Positions 49,955 to 62,468 of a stretch of DNA of 64,000 bases are shown here, piece after piece; the stretch's first letter is position 1; each line of letters starts with the position of its first letter. Under the pieces are notes generated by a model. It was given only the letters and a program-made list of their open reading frames with translations. It was not told where the DNA came from and did not search any database. This DNA comes from Nemertoderma westbladi (Eukaryota; Animalia; Xenacoelomorpha), in contig JAUCBJ010003703.1 in the NCBI GenBank assembly GCA_032718475.1, forward strand, positions 1 to 64,000, in the 5' to 3' direction. The position numbers and the translations under genes were made by a program.

Positions 49955-50655
49955 TTAGATAAGATAAGATATATTAACAATTTCTCACACATAGACTGCA
50001 AAAATTTTACAAATTACATAAAATTATAACAAATGTGATGTCATGTGGAGCTGGCCACTGGACGGGTAGTCCCATTATTTCAGCGACCAGTTGCACAACA
50101 CAGATTATAGTCAAGGACTACTCTACTAGTCTCTCTAGTAGAGTACTGTAGTCCTTGATTATAGTATATTTATGTATGTATTGTACAGTATAATACTACA
50201 ATTCAAGTAACACTAACACAGCTTACTGTACTTTAAAATCAGGAATTTAACTACTCATGCACTCACTGTATTTATAAAAAAAAATCATAATATAACAATA
50301 ACCTAACTAGAACTACTTTTAAAACTATCTGATTTTAACCATCTACTAAGTTTAAATTTAAAACTATTTAATGTGGGACACTGCCGCACTGAAAGTGGAA
50401 TTGCATTCCAAATTATAGGGCCTGATAGATATATAGATTGACCCTTAATTTTTAATCTATGTTGTGTTCTAATGCAATTATTGGAGTTAGCTAATCTGGT
50501 CGCGAGATTATGTATGGTGGAAGTTTGTGTCAGAAGGGAAGGTAGGAAGGACATCATGGGGAAGTAGTTGCGACGTCCGCCATGAAAATGTTAGACCGAA
50601 GTTAATTTTGATTTAGTTAAAGTAGGAATTCTGATAGTTAAAAGAGTTCTGCAAT
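49955..50655 (-). mobile_element. 3' part of a CR1-group LINE (5' part probably at 60311-61110)
   Basis: HNLATR...SIYLSGPIIWNAIPLSVRQCPTLNSFKFKL; 3' UTR stem-loop at 50051-50090; short (TCTTA)n tail near 49957-49971. Confidence 0.8.
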
Positions 50656-50659
50656 TGTA

Positions 50660-53600
50660 GAGGCTGATATGCGACCACCTACTCACATTAAACCTTTGTT
50701 ATTTAGATACGGCGTTAATGATAGTATGGAACTGTCATTAGACAACGGTTTGCTAGCTTTAAGATCTTTTAATTCTGCATTGAAGAAACGTTTCTGATGA
50801 TTTGCAAGTATAAAATCCTTAGCTTTACCTAACTCACTTACTGACGAAGGTCCACTACGGCGTTTCTTGTTGCGGCAGTTAAATATAAAACGCTGTATCC
50901 AGGCAACTGTGCGTTTGATGTGTGACAATTTTGAATGTTTGTCTATAAGACGAGATATTAAATCTCCGCCTATATCTACAGTATACTATCTATATCTGTT
51001 TGCTTCTTATTACTAGATGTGGCAAAAACTGTCTTGACTTCCGTCTCAGCTTCATGTGGCTCAGAAACTAATAAACATTGTTCCAGCCAATCGGTGTTAT
51101 TAGAGCGCAGAAATGCCGGCCCATTTAACCATGGGTGGTCAAGGCTAACATCTAAAGCACTCATGCCTCGACTCCCGTAGTCGGCTGGATTTTCCTGACC
51201 AGGGACATGATGCCATTGGGAAGGGTCTGTAGTGTCTGTAATTTCTGAAACCCTATTTGCGACGTATGTGTGAAATTTTGTTTTACGTGACTTTATCCAC
51301 TGTAAAACAGTCATAGACTCAGACCACAACAATACCAAGCTCATAGAGATTGCCAATGTGCAACAAATAAAAGAGGCTAATCGCACTCCGAGTACCGCTG
51401 TATTGAGTTCCATTCGTGGGACAGATACAGTACGAATGGGGGCGACTTTGGATTTCGCAAGTACAAATGAAATCGATGGTTTATTGTTGCTAGAAGTATC
51501 AGTGCGTAGATATGCTACGGCGCTGAATCCGACTTCTGATGCATCAACAAAAACATGAAGTGTTACATCCTGGGGAAATGGAGAAGCGTGAAAATAACAG
51601 CGTGGTATGCGAATGCTCTGTAAATGGCTTAAGTTTGAAAGCCATTCATACCAGGTGTTTGCTAAGTCTGGAGGGAGAGCTTCATCCCAACCGAGACCAC
51701 GCCGCCAGATATCCTGTAACAAACATTTTGCCACTAGGAGTACGGATGTAACAGCACCTAATATGGGTCAAACACGGACGCCACCTGTCTCAAAATATTG
51801 CGTTTGGTGGGTTGACATTCTCTTATCTCAGTGAAATAAGAGAAAGTATCTGTAGAGCAGTTCCAACGAACTCCGAAAGCACGCCCAGTGGGAAGTTCTT
51901 CAAAGTCAAGGTTAAGATCTGGTTTAGAGAGATTATCCGCCGGTAGTATAGAAAGGACTTCCTTAGATGAGGATATCCATTGTCCCAATTTAAATCCCCC
52001 TTTTGCTAATAACTTAGTCATTTGATCAATTAAGTTACTTGCTTCGGACTCGGTAGGAGCAGAATCGAGATAGTTGTCAGAATAAAAATTGTTTTCAACT
52101 TTTTGACAACTATCCGGAAACTGAACAATATTATCTTTCGCTGTTGTTAATAATGCATATATGCAGGATGTGTGGGAGGATATTGCGACAAAAATTTGTA
52201 CTAACATACGATATGTGGTTGGAGGTTTAGTGTTATCTAGTCCACCCCAAAGAAAACGTAACACATCCCGATCTCTTGGGTTCACACCAACCTGGTGATA
52301 CATGGCATGTATATCACCAGAAATAGCTACCGGGTGCTTACGAAAACGCAACAGCACACTAGTTAGGTTAGTAAGTAAATCAGGTCCCTTGTATAAACAA
52401 TCATTCAGAGATAAACCATGAAACCTACAACTAGCATCAAATACAACTCTAATCTTATCTGGTTTCCCTGGTTTGGGTACACAATGGTGGGGTAAATACC
52501 AAACTTCTTTAGTTGGTATTTCTTCTGAGATCTCACTCTCACAAACACGCTCAGCATAACCTGCACTAATATAACTTTGTACGATATCATGATATTGCTG
52601 CCCAATAGACTTGTTTTGTTCTAATTTACGCATGGTAGAATTTAATCGGCGTAATGCTACCTCATAATTATTTATAAGTTTTTCGGCTTGTGGTCGAAAA
52701 GGAAGCGCCATTTCATAATGTCCATCCTCTCGATGTATAGTAGTTTTTTCTAGAATAGACATAGCAGCAACGTCATCAGGGGAACTAAACACCGTAACGT
52801 CGTTTGGCTGTGTTCCATAGTTTTCTCTTTCCCAAAAACGTTGAAGTAAATCATCGAGAGCTGTATCCCCAACGATATTTTTCGACTTATTTGATATCAC
52901 AAATACGTGTTCAGAATCATTAGTGGCGTTTAGAAAACGGGGGACATTTGAAGTACAAGCAGCCCAGTCAAAATTTGTTAACACGGCTGTAGGCGAACCA
53001 ACTGGTCCTTCACAATATGCATAAGATTTAATTATCGACGTCATATCTGCACCCAAAAATACACTGACTTTTGTCGAATCAACTTTAGGGAGATCGAGAT
53101 TTTCCAAGTGGGGCCAATGAGTTTTAAATTTCGGCCAGTCGAATCGCTGCTTGGGAAGTCCCATGCAAGGTATTGTATGGATATTTGACACATCAAACTT
53201 TGTAGGACTATTCCTTGCAGATAAACTAAAAGAAACAAGACGGGAAGGTATATCCTGTTGCAGCTGTCCAATGAGTGTCCCGACATTTAATGGGCATTTG
53301 GGTCCCACAAGGCCAATTTCGTCCGCCATAGACTGTGTTATCAATGAAAGTTGTGCACCACCATCCAGAAAAGCATATGTATTTATGGATCAGCCCTTTT
53401 TAGCTTCCAGCCGGATTGGCACAATCTGCAGCGCAACAATAATGGATGGGCCATCATAAGATACTGTACCAATGTGAGGGCTACTATCTTCATTATCACT
53501 AGAGAGCCAGCAAGCTGGCTGGAAGGAGCCCGGGGGGAAGAATCCTAGCCAATACTAAACTAAACAATTGTCTAAATGGTGTGATGATACATAGCTGACT

Positions 53601-56600
53601 TTGTGGCTTGCCCCACATAATAAAAAATGAAACTTTGCTGCCACTAACAACCGAATATTTATAAGAAAATGCCCATGATTCACAACCAGATAAATAACAA
53701 GTTAGATTTACCAGTACAGGTACGGTTACCTTTCTTTTTGAAAACCATTAGATTTAACAATTAATAGAAGTCTAGGTCGCGGCGAAAAATAATAACGCAA
53801 ATTAAACAACCATACAATCGGCCTACACACTTTTTTATTATTCGAAATAAATTCGCTAACAGAAAATATCTAAACTAATTTATTTATTTACTAATTAATC
53901 TAAACGAGAAGGTGAACAATTGTTTCTACACAATTAATTATGACGACTTTTATGGGATATGTAATATTTACTGTTCAATAATAATTTACAATCTCCCATT
54001 CCAACACATTCCCAGAGAGTAATAATATCATCAATATAACAAATTAAGTGGATTATAATTCGATTTCTTCAGCCAAGTCCGATAGCTATTTTTCTGAAAT
54101 TTATATTGCTAATTTAATTATTTGGCATATTATGTTTGTGGCGCAGACTATAATAACGAACCTGTCTTTAGACTGGGTAGTTTTTGTCTAAAGCTGAGGC
54201 CGGCAAAAACACGATGGATATATTTACCTATATCACTCACTATATATGTCACTATATCACTCACTATGTATGTTCACCAAATGGCTTGAAACCACTTGCA
54301 TGCATTGTAAAATTGTAAACGCAAGTATTTATCAATTGTTGTCTAGTTGTTGAATAAAAAAGTTGGGAACGATTCGAAGTGCGATATTCGAAATATTTGC
54401 ATATTTTCAACATTATTGAACGCGAAATTAAATACCCACAACTCCCTTGCTTGAAATGTTTTTCAGGTGATTGATATTTAGCAATTATTATGAGGTTACT
54501 TACTACTGAAATCTGACAGAATGCCAAACGTATTATTATAGTTCTATCTCTATTCAGCCAGTTAGTGTAATGTCAAGCAGTACATCATTTATATATCGTA
54601 TGTATCTATAGGGCCTAATTGTCATCGTTATAATACTGTCATCAACTTAGGCTAAGCTCAATTGTAATGCAAAGGCTTAGTAGGTTTTGTATATCTGGGA
54701 CGTTTACAACAGCTGTCGATTAAACTAACAAAACCATAAAACTGAACCAGGGTGGCTGCCAGCCGGGTACCAACGGCTGTTGGGTAGACTTAAGGGAACA
54801 TTTCACAAACTTTCATAGGATGCTTGTACATGTACATTATATTGGTTGCTCCGATGTTTTTATTAGGCTAACTGAGAATGTATCAGGTATAAATACTGTA
54901 ATTATAGTGTTCTTTATTTTATTTATCTAATACAGAAAAGACCCCTCCGCAGAATAAACTGCTCTTTTGGGCCGTTTCTCAGGTTGCGGCTATGGATACC
55001 ATTTCACACATCATCGTAGTAATTGTGATTATGATTTGTTTGCCTAGGCGAATGTGTATTACATTAGATGGGAGGCAGCTTTTTGGTTGATGCAAGTCAT
55101 TCTTGGTTTGCATCTTCCAATCCCATCTGTTTCTTGGAGTCTGTGTAAGACAGGTTCGTTTAAAGCCATCTTGATGGCGTTCTAGTAATAACATTGTTGA
55201 CATACAGTCTTTGAACCTTTCAGTCTTTCTCAGCAGTACTTTGTGGCTCGTCCCACATAATAAAAACTGAAACTTTGCTATGACAACACACCCGGTTCTT
55301 TTAAATTTGCGTGATTTGATTTATGCTCGCACCACTATTTGTAAGAAATATTAAAACTTATCTTACAGTATGCCAATGTAGTAATGGTATTAAAATATAA
55401 TTAAATTAATTTACACTATTAATGCTTCAGCTAAAAAATCGTTTCAGCTAAAAAATCGTATATAATAAAAAAAATAAGAATATTTTTAATATGTGTATAT
55501 GTAATATAGGTATTACTGCTAAGTTAGGCAGTAGGCCAGAGCGGGCTCCTTAAATACATGCAACTACTGTATTATAGTGTAGGTCAACTATAAAACATTT
55601 TGCAATCCACAGTGAGTATCGACTGCAATAGGACACAACACACTGCTTTGTGTAACTAAAATTCATTCTCCTGATCCACCCCCTAACATAGCAGAGTGAG
55701 TAACCTTATTGTAGATATACCCTTAGGAAGCACTGGGAGAGCAATCAGCTTATGGGATAATACATTAGAAACCAACAGCTTATGTGTGAGTAAACATTGC
55801 CTTTCCTTATAGCCTACTAGTAAAACTTGGCAACCAACACGTTTTTCTATGACTGTGTATAACATATTAAGCCATATTTCATCATGAACACCAGCTGTTA
55901 TTTTACCATTGCTTTTAATTTCGCGACAAAACAACGTCAAAAAACTAAATATATCGAATACCACACATAGAATCGATCTGAAATTTTGTAACGCGATTAT
56001 GAACATCAAAAGCAATGTACTTGCAAAATTTCATCAAAATCGCCAGGCAGGAAGTGCCTTAACCTAGATAATTATCAGTCAGTCAGTATGTCAGTCAATG
56101 TAATGTATCCTGAAGATTCTTACAGTAAGTATCCCGCTGTCAAGCGGGCTCCTAATTATCTTCTATGCAATTCTGAGAACAAAATATTCTCGGTGCGTCA
56201 TGAATTAAGTGATGGTGTCTACGATTACAACCTTCAATGTTGCATGGATTAACCAATGTGCAATCTTTAGCCTGGTGTTTACCTGATAAACACGCAAAAC
56301 ATAGATAGCTACATATCTCACACGACATTCACACGATCCAATGGTGACAGTATAATGAATGCAGAGCAGTTTGGTAATAGATGTGAACCTGAACAATGTA
56401 GGCAAATTGTGGAAGATTGTTGCACTACCAATGGTTTACGTACTGTATGACTTTTAGTGAGACAAACGTGATCATAATCACTTTGATCATAGTCATCAGC
56501 TGATGCATCTACATCTTGTGTAGCATTAATAGTTGGCATGATAGTGTTCATTGGTTTCCTCTTGAAATAATCTTTTGATGATTTCCAGTTAGTAGAATCG

Positions 56601-58032
56601 GATTTAGGTTTGAACTTTCGTAAAGTAGATTCTACAATCCTCATGGATATTACCTTTTTTGAAATCGAAGTATCTTAGGTCGCTCAAACTATATGTCCTA
56701 CAGTAGGTCGCAAGCCAACTGCTACATTGCTCCATTGATCTTGATATTTATTTGGTAATTTAGCTACGAGATCTCGTACATTACTCGCCGCGGTAATGTC
56801 AGAATGGTAGCTACAAGCCTTTAATGCAGATACCGATCCATGCATGTAGCTTCAACAAAAACGAAGCCAAAGACGCATAGTCATTAACTTTTACTTCAGG
56901 GATTTGTTTGAGTCGAGATATAAGTTCGGCTGCAATGAAATGGCGATCTCCATACATTCGTTTCAATTCACATAGAGTCTCGTAATATAACGAAATCTCG
57001 TTAATCAGATCAGCTACACTCTCTCTGATCGCTGCGGTAAGGAATCCACGTAACAACGCCATCTTTTGGGCAACTGTTGGAACTACATCGTGCACTAAAG
57101 CCTTAAATGTTGATATGAAAGTTGGCCATCGAATAGGAGATCCATCGTATGGCTCGATTTCTATTTTAGGTAAAGTTTGTAGCGAGTGAATAATAGAAGG
57201 GTCTCATTAATGGAAATCCCCTCACCTTTAGCATTATCAATCCAACCATCATGGAAGGGTGTAGACGAAGTCACTGGCCAACGAGTGACAGGAAATGATT
57301 CTTCATTGTCCATCGAAAATGGGTTGAAAGATTGATTAACTGGACCCCGGTTATAGTGACTGTGGTGGGTAGATGTCGGCGTTGAGGGACGCATCAATGT
57401 AGTATATCCAGGACTTTGCCAACCCTTGTTAGTAATCCACTGTTTAGATTGCATAGGCGTGGAAGGTTGAGGTGGTGGGGTCGTTCTAACGCTTCTCTCA
57501 AAGGCCTAGATCTTTCTCTAATTTCGGATTCTTTATCAAAATGGCGAAGATCTAATTCTACTTCTTTTAGGTGTCTCTGTTCTTCTGCCAATCGTTCTTG
57601 TGACGTTTTTGTCATCAATGAATGGTGACTGGTTAATGATATGGAAGGTGGCTCGCTCATCCGTGCGAGAATGTGTGTTTCAGCATCTTTAATGCAAGTT
57701 GATATGGATTCTTCTACAACTTCCCACCATACATTACCATGGATAAAATCATCATCATCTTTGTCTAGCGAGTTTATGAATAGATCATGTGCTTCTAGGC
57801 ATTCTCCCTGGGCTTCTTCCAGTCCCTTTATTAATAATCGCAATGCGGAACGGCCTCCACGAGTCTGAATAAGGTTGGTGATATCATTAATCTTCCGTGA
57901 GATTCCATCTCTGACTTTGTCACGCAGTTTTTTAAGTCCATACTGAGTCGGTGAACCGGATGTAGCTGGCTCAGTTTCACCTGTGACATCCATGTTAGTA
58001 TTTGTAGGACTACCATCACGCGAACGAGACAT
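50660..58032 (-). pseudogene. BEL/Pao gag-pol polyprotein with stops and frameshifts, interrupted at 53498-56154
   Basis: DUF1759-like gag (PYDGSPIRWPTF..LKRMYG); three zinc knuckles (CLHCSGSHLLPNC, CFACLSGKHQAKDC, CNIEGCNRRHHHLIH); protease YAFLDGGAQLS; RT WYLPHHCV..KIRVVFDAS..GPDLL..NFYSDN; RNase H LHVFVDASEVGFSAVAYLR..AKSKVAP..YVANRVSEI..WHHVPGQENPAD. Confidence 0.93.
53498..56154 (-). mobile_element. Helentron-type non-autonomous element (HINE/DINE-1-like)
   Basis: Minus strand: 5' subTIR AGGAGCCCG with adjacent partial inverted repeat (CCCGCTTGACAGCGGG), then an (ACTG)n tract. 3' subTIR CGGGCTCCT followed by hairpin AGCCAGC-TT-GCTGGCT and CTAGT. Removing it restores the BEL gag-protease frame. 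Confidence 0.75.
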
Positions 58033-58059
58033 AAAAGCAGACTGAAACTGGTCGAACAT

Positions 58060-58077
58060 TTCCCGGCCAATGCACCA
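58060..58077 (-). other. Primer-binding site complementary to the 3' end of tRNA-Gly
   Basis: Minus strand TGGTGCATTGGCCGGGAA; plus strand TTCCCGGCCAATGCACCA is the 3' 18 nt of eukaryotic tRNA-Gly(GCC) including CCA. It lies 3 nt from the LTR-terminal CA (58081-58082). Confidence 0.92.
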
Positions 58078-58080
58078 AAA

Positions 58081-60310
58081 TGTGTAGTCCCACGCGTTCA
58101 AAACGTTCGTTACAAGGCGGTTCAGTGGTATAGTTTATTAAACACGATTAACGACAACGACATTAACGGAACGGATATTATCAATGAATAATATCAATAT
58201 CAATAACGCAACGGAGTTTTACATATAACGCCACCAGTTTACCAAAACCTAGGTAAACACATGATGCGATGCAAACGGAATATAACGAATAACAGTATTT
58301 GTTTACTGAAACGAATAACGATTTAGTTTCTTAAAAACTAATAACGAATAACGATTGACGAAAACGATCTAGCTTACCAAATCCTGGGTAAGCTAGGAGT
58401 GGGTTCGAATTTGAATATTTAACTTTCGAATTAGACTACAAATTCATCACTACTAAAACTAAAAACTTACATTCAAAGCTTTTATACTAAATAATTAACG
58501 CACTATAATAGGGGTATAACTTTTGCGTAGAGGTATAGCCTACATAGAGGCTACATGTAGGTATATGTAGCCTACATGTAGATGCACGTGTAGGGTGAAT
58601 GTAGGTAGGTGTAGGTAGGTCTTTAAAAACAACAATGATGAATGAATAGGCCTACACGGGGTACCCGGACCCGAACTTCCTCGATGAGATGCGAATGCGG
58701 CGAACGGGGGTGGTACCCGGAACAACCACGAAGAGATGCGCATATGGCGGGCGGTGGTACCCGAAACAACCAGGAGGAGATGCGAATACGTCGAATGGGG
58801 GTCCCCTGAATACCCACGAGACGGAGCCTATCAATTCTACAGTACTGACAAAGGAAAAAACGACTGAACGATATACCGATACATACTGTAGATCTTATGA
58901 TCCTGCGGGTTCAGGCATGGAGGCTAATGACTTTGTATGGGCCGAACGGCCCGAACCTGATGTTTCCAGTCAAGGAGGAATCGACTAACGGTTAGGGTTA
59001 GAGCTCGTCGTCGGTGTCCATGAGGGTCTGAGGATGAGTGGGTAATTCAACAAAACGCTAACAATGATACCGGACTGATTGATTGAACCAGAGTGGCGAT
59101 GGTAGTCGCTGATGTATATATATTATATATATCATGTATTGATTGTTAGTAGATATTTTTTTATAGTATTTGTTTATTAAATTGTCTTCAATGTCTATAT
59201 TGATAATATTGTGTGCTGTGCTGATTTTACTTATTTTTCATTTTATAAATCTTGCTGTGGCCGTTTTAATCTACTAAACTGCCGTATCAATTTCATGATA
59301 TTTTAATGGATATGCAATTGAACTTCTTCTTTCTATTAACTTTCAATGCAATCAAATATAACTGTAAAGCTATTGACTTTCGTGTTATTGTTTTGCTGTT
59401 ACTTCGAGATGGGATTTGAATCCCATCGGATTACTGATTAATTCCCATCATCGAGATGGGAATACTTTATAATGAAACAGTGTGGTGGTCCGCGGGATAG
59501 TGGGAAGGGACTGAGGGATGGGACTGTTGCTGGTTGGTGGAATGTGACTGTCTGAAAAATTAAAACAAACAAAACTTCCAGACTTCTATATTTTTACTTT
59601 CAAAACAAAACGTCCAAAACATTTCAATGCTGAAGTACTGTTCAAGTCCCATGGATGTATGGTTGATAAACAGATAAAGAGGGGCAGATGGGGGTCAGGG
59701 TTTCTGGTAGACTATAGTCCCCGCGATGATGGCTGTTCTTGTTTAGGTTACTCTTACTTAATAAACATATAAATCAGAACGAGTTAATCTAATGGAACGA
59801 TGCCATTCGTGGCGTTAGCATACTCAAATTTATTAGGGCATAATATTTATGACGAGTAAGGGACTTTAGTATAATCAGAACGCGATGTTTGATATTTATA
59901 CAGTACTGCAGTATGCAGTAAAACCTGTTGTCTGACAGCAGACAGGTCTGCAGGTTGATGTACCGTATTGTACCGTGGAGATCAGAGATTATTGCCATAC
60001 ATCCTGATTGACGACCGTGTATCACGTTACTGCAAGTTGACACATAAATTACATTAATATCTATGGGACTACACTTACCTACATTCACCCTACACGTGCA
60101 TCTACATGTAGGCTACACATACCTACATGAAGCCTCTATGTAGGCTATACCTCTACGCAAAAGATGTACCCCTATAATAGTGTCACTAAAACGAGTGTCC
60201 AATCGCAGTAAAGGTTGTATCTCATATTCGTATAGGCCTACAGTAGTTTAACGCCCTGTTTCTGACAGTTTGACAGTTATGTTTGTTTACTAAAGTTAAT
60301 ACTTGAGACA
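58081..60310 (-). repeat. 5' LTR of the BEL element (about 550 bp net), interrupted by 58501-60182
   Basis: Minus strand ends ...CTACACA at 58081 with AATAAA about 55 nt upstream. Probable TGT start at 60310, where LINE sequence resumes (start inferred; no second LTR to compare). Confidence 0.65.
58501..60182. mobile_element. CAC-ended TIR element with about 115-bp TIRs (Transib/Chapaev/CACTA-like), non-autonomous
   Basis: CACTATAATAGGGGTATAACTTTTGCGTAGAGG... (58501-58614) is inverted at 60069-60182. No clean TSD (TAACG vs TCACT). Confidence 0.8.
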
Positions 60311-61110
60311 AAATATTAGTCTTTTGGCAAATTTAAAGCATATTTGTCCAATTTTCTGAAAAACATTTCTCGAATAGAATGTGGGTCCCTTTTATTAACA
60401 ATTAACTTTATTTTATTTTGTAGATCATTTAATTTGGTTAGCGAGCATAGGGGGATGTGCTGCTTTTTGATGCGCTTTTTATCCTTCTGTACTTTCTAGT
60501 GTGCGGTTGTCTGGTAGAATTAAATTGAAGGCGAATTATTCACAAATGACTGGTAACCCCACACAGATATACAGTACAGTGGTTCAAATAAGGATGTATT
60601 AATGTGAAGTAAAGGGCCTTCAATGCCTCGGGGGTTGCAAACGCTTTAACTTTGTTAATGATACCAATATTCTTACTAATGGAGGTCTTTATTGTATGAA
60701 AATAAGGTTTACAGGAGAGTCTATCGTCTATTAAAATGCCGAGAATTTTAGCCACCTGCACTCGCTTTATTTCTTGTGAAGCTATAAATAGTGATTGTTT
60801 AAATGTGTATTGCTTGTTTGTTGTTTTATATACTGTATTATGTAATTAGTCTTCCATATATTTAGAGAAAGTCGATTTATTCGAAACCATTTTGCCAAGT
60901 TCACAAATAGTCTCAAGAAACAGTTGTTCTATCGATTTCGCAGAGTGTATGATATTTGTGTCATCCGCAAATAATATAAAGCCTAATTTCTCATAAATAT
61001 TTACGATATCGTTGCAGTACACAAGAAACAGCAGAGGCCCCAAGATGCTTCCTTGAGGTACCCCACAGGTTATTATACGGGAATTTGACAGATTATTATC
61101 AATACTTATA
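60311..61110 (-). pseudogene. CR1-group LINE RT fragment
   Basis: ITCGVPQGSILGPLLFLVYCND..ILFADDTN; KILGILIDDRL..KNIGIINKVK..LYFTLIHPYL. Confidence 0.9.
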
Positions 61111-62250
61111 CTGTTTACGACCGGAGAGATAATTTTTGAAGAAACTAAGGGCGGTACCATCTATTTCATAGTGGTGTAATTTCTTCGTTCCTTGTTCGTT
61201 CTGGGATAAGGATGCCCTTGGTCCTGGATTAAGGACCCATATACTTGGCTGCAGGGGTATATGGCCTGGCCAGGCAGATGGTGATCTACCAATGGCTGGT
61301 CAGGAGTAGAGTGTTCTCATGTCCACTCTGAGTGCACTTCACTGCGACCTGCACCTGGCAGCAGTCTATGCGCGATCATTCACCCACAGTTAAGGGAGAC
61401 TGGATTCGGGTGCTTTGAAATTTATTGCGTTGCAGACCTACTGTATTATTCGATTGATCGTTACTATATAATCTCTGACAATATTATTCACTTTCGGGGA
61501 AATATTAACAGTTCCTTTTGGACGTGGCGCTTTAAGTATAAAACAGAGTTATGACTTATACTAAACACAACGAGATGGCTACTGATTTCCGTAAATAGCG
61601 CATTCTTTAGAAGATGCTTTATTATCTGTCACCCTATTGCATACGACTTCACAATACTTCACACTGATCTGCCGACCGTCACTGAATTTGATCATATATA
61701 AGGAGGATAGCAACTGACACATGTAGGGATTATGAAATAGCATTTAATTCACACAAAAACCACTATAATGTAAGTCGCAATTGCTACAGGTAACCGGTCC
61801 CTCTTACCTTCAGTAATCAAGAAGATTGGGGTTTTATGATTATTTATCGGTATTCTCCAAATATAACAACATATCCATCAACATATAACAATTAGTAACA
61901 GACAGTAAACAGAAGTAAAATAATGCAGTTTGGTATGACAATGTGACAATATGATATGCAGTGACAATATGATAATAGATTTACGTTCTTATAATCAAAG
62001 CCGTCTAATGTTGGCCAAAGTCTGAAACTTCTACAGAAGCCCAGAATAATTTCTAAGCCGATGTTCTGAGGCTCAGAAAGGTAAACAAAAACCGTAATGC
62101 ATTGCGCGGTTTTCCGTAGGCCTCTGTGCAAGATAAAATGAAAATCGCTCTGATTGGCCGAGCGAGCTGAACAAAGAGATGTTCCACGTTTACAGTAAAT
62201 CAGCTGACAGATTCCGTCATCTGAGTTCCAGTCTTTTAGAGTATTAGGCG

Positions 62251-62386
62251 CATTGCGGCAGAAAATGGCTTGTTATGTCCGCTAAAACACCCACACGGTA
62301 CATTGCGGAGAAAATGGCTTGTTATGTCCGCTAAAACACCTACACGGTATATTGCGGAGAAAATGACTGGTTATATCCGCAAAAGC
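62251..62386. repeat. About 50-bp tandem repeat, about 2.7 copies
   Basis: YATTGCGGAGAAAATGGCTTGTTATGTCCGCTAAAACACCYACACGGTA repeated. Confidence 0.9.
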
Positions 62387-62468
62387 TTTTACAGTGGGTC
62401 ATGTGCGCCAGAGTAGATATGGGTGATAGGCCTCATATCTGACTCCACTGCGACACCCACCCTGTGGA

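Larger units (their letters stand above)
50660..60310 (-). mobile_element. BEL/Pao LTR retrotransposon, degenerate; integrase and 3' LTR missing
   Basis: 5' LTR, tRNA-Gly PBS, gag, protease, RT and Pao RNase H in BEL order; ends near GLM*VGGRI at about 50660. Confidence 0.92.

Noticed and set aside
58659-58690. GYPDPNFLDE resembling the Deltex C-terminal motif
   Set aside because: It lies within a short tandem repeat with an in-frame stop just upstream and no other Deltex motifs; probably coincidental.
61241-61270. U1 snRNA-like start ATACTTGGCTGCAGGGG
   Set aside because: It lacks the invariant ACTTACCTG, and no U1 stem-loops or Sm site follow.
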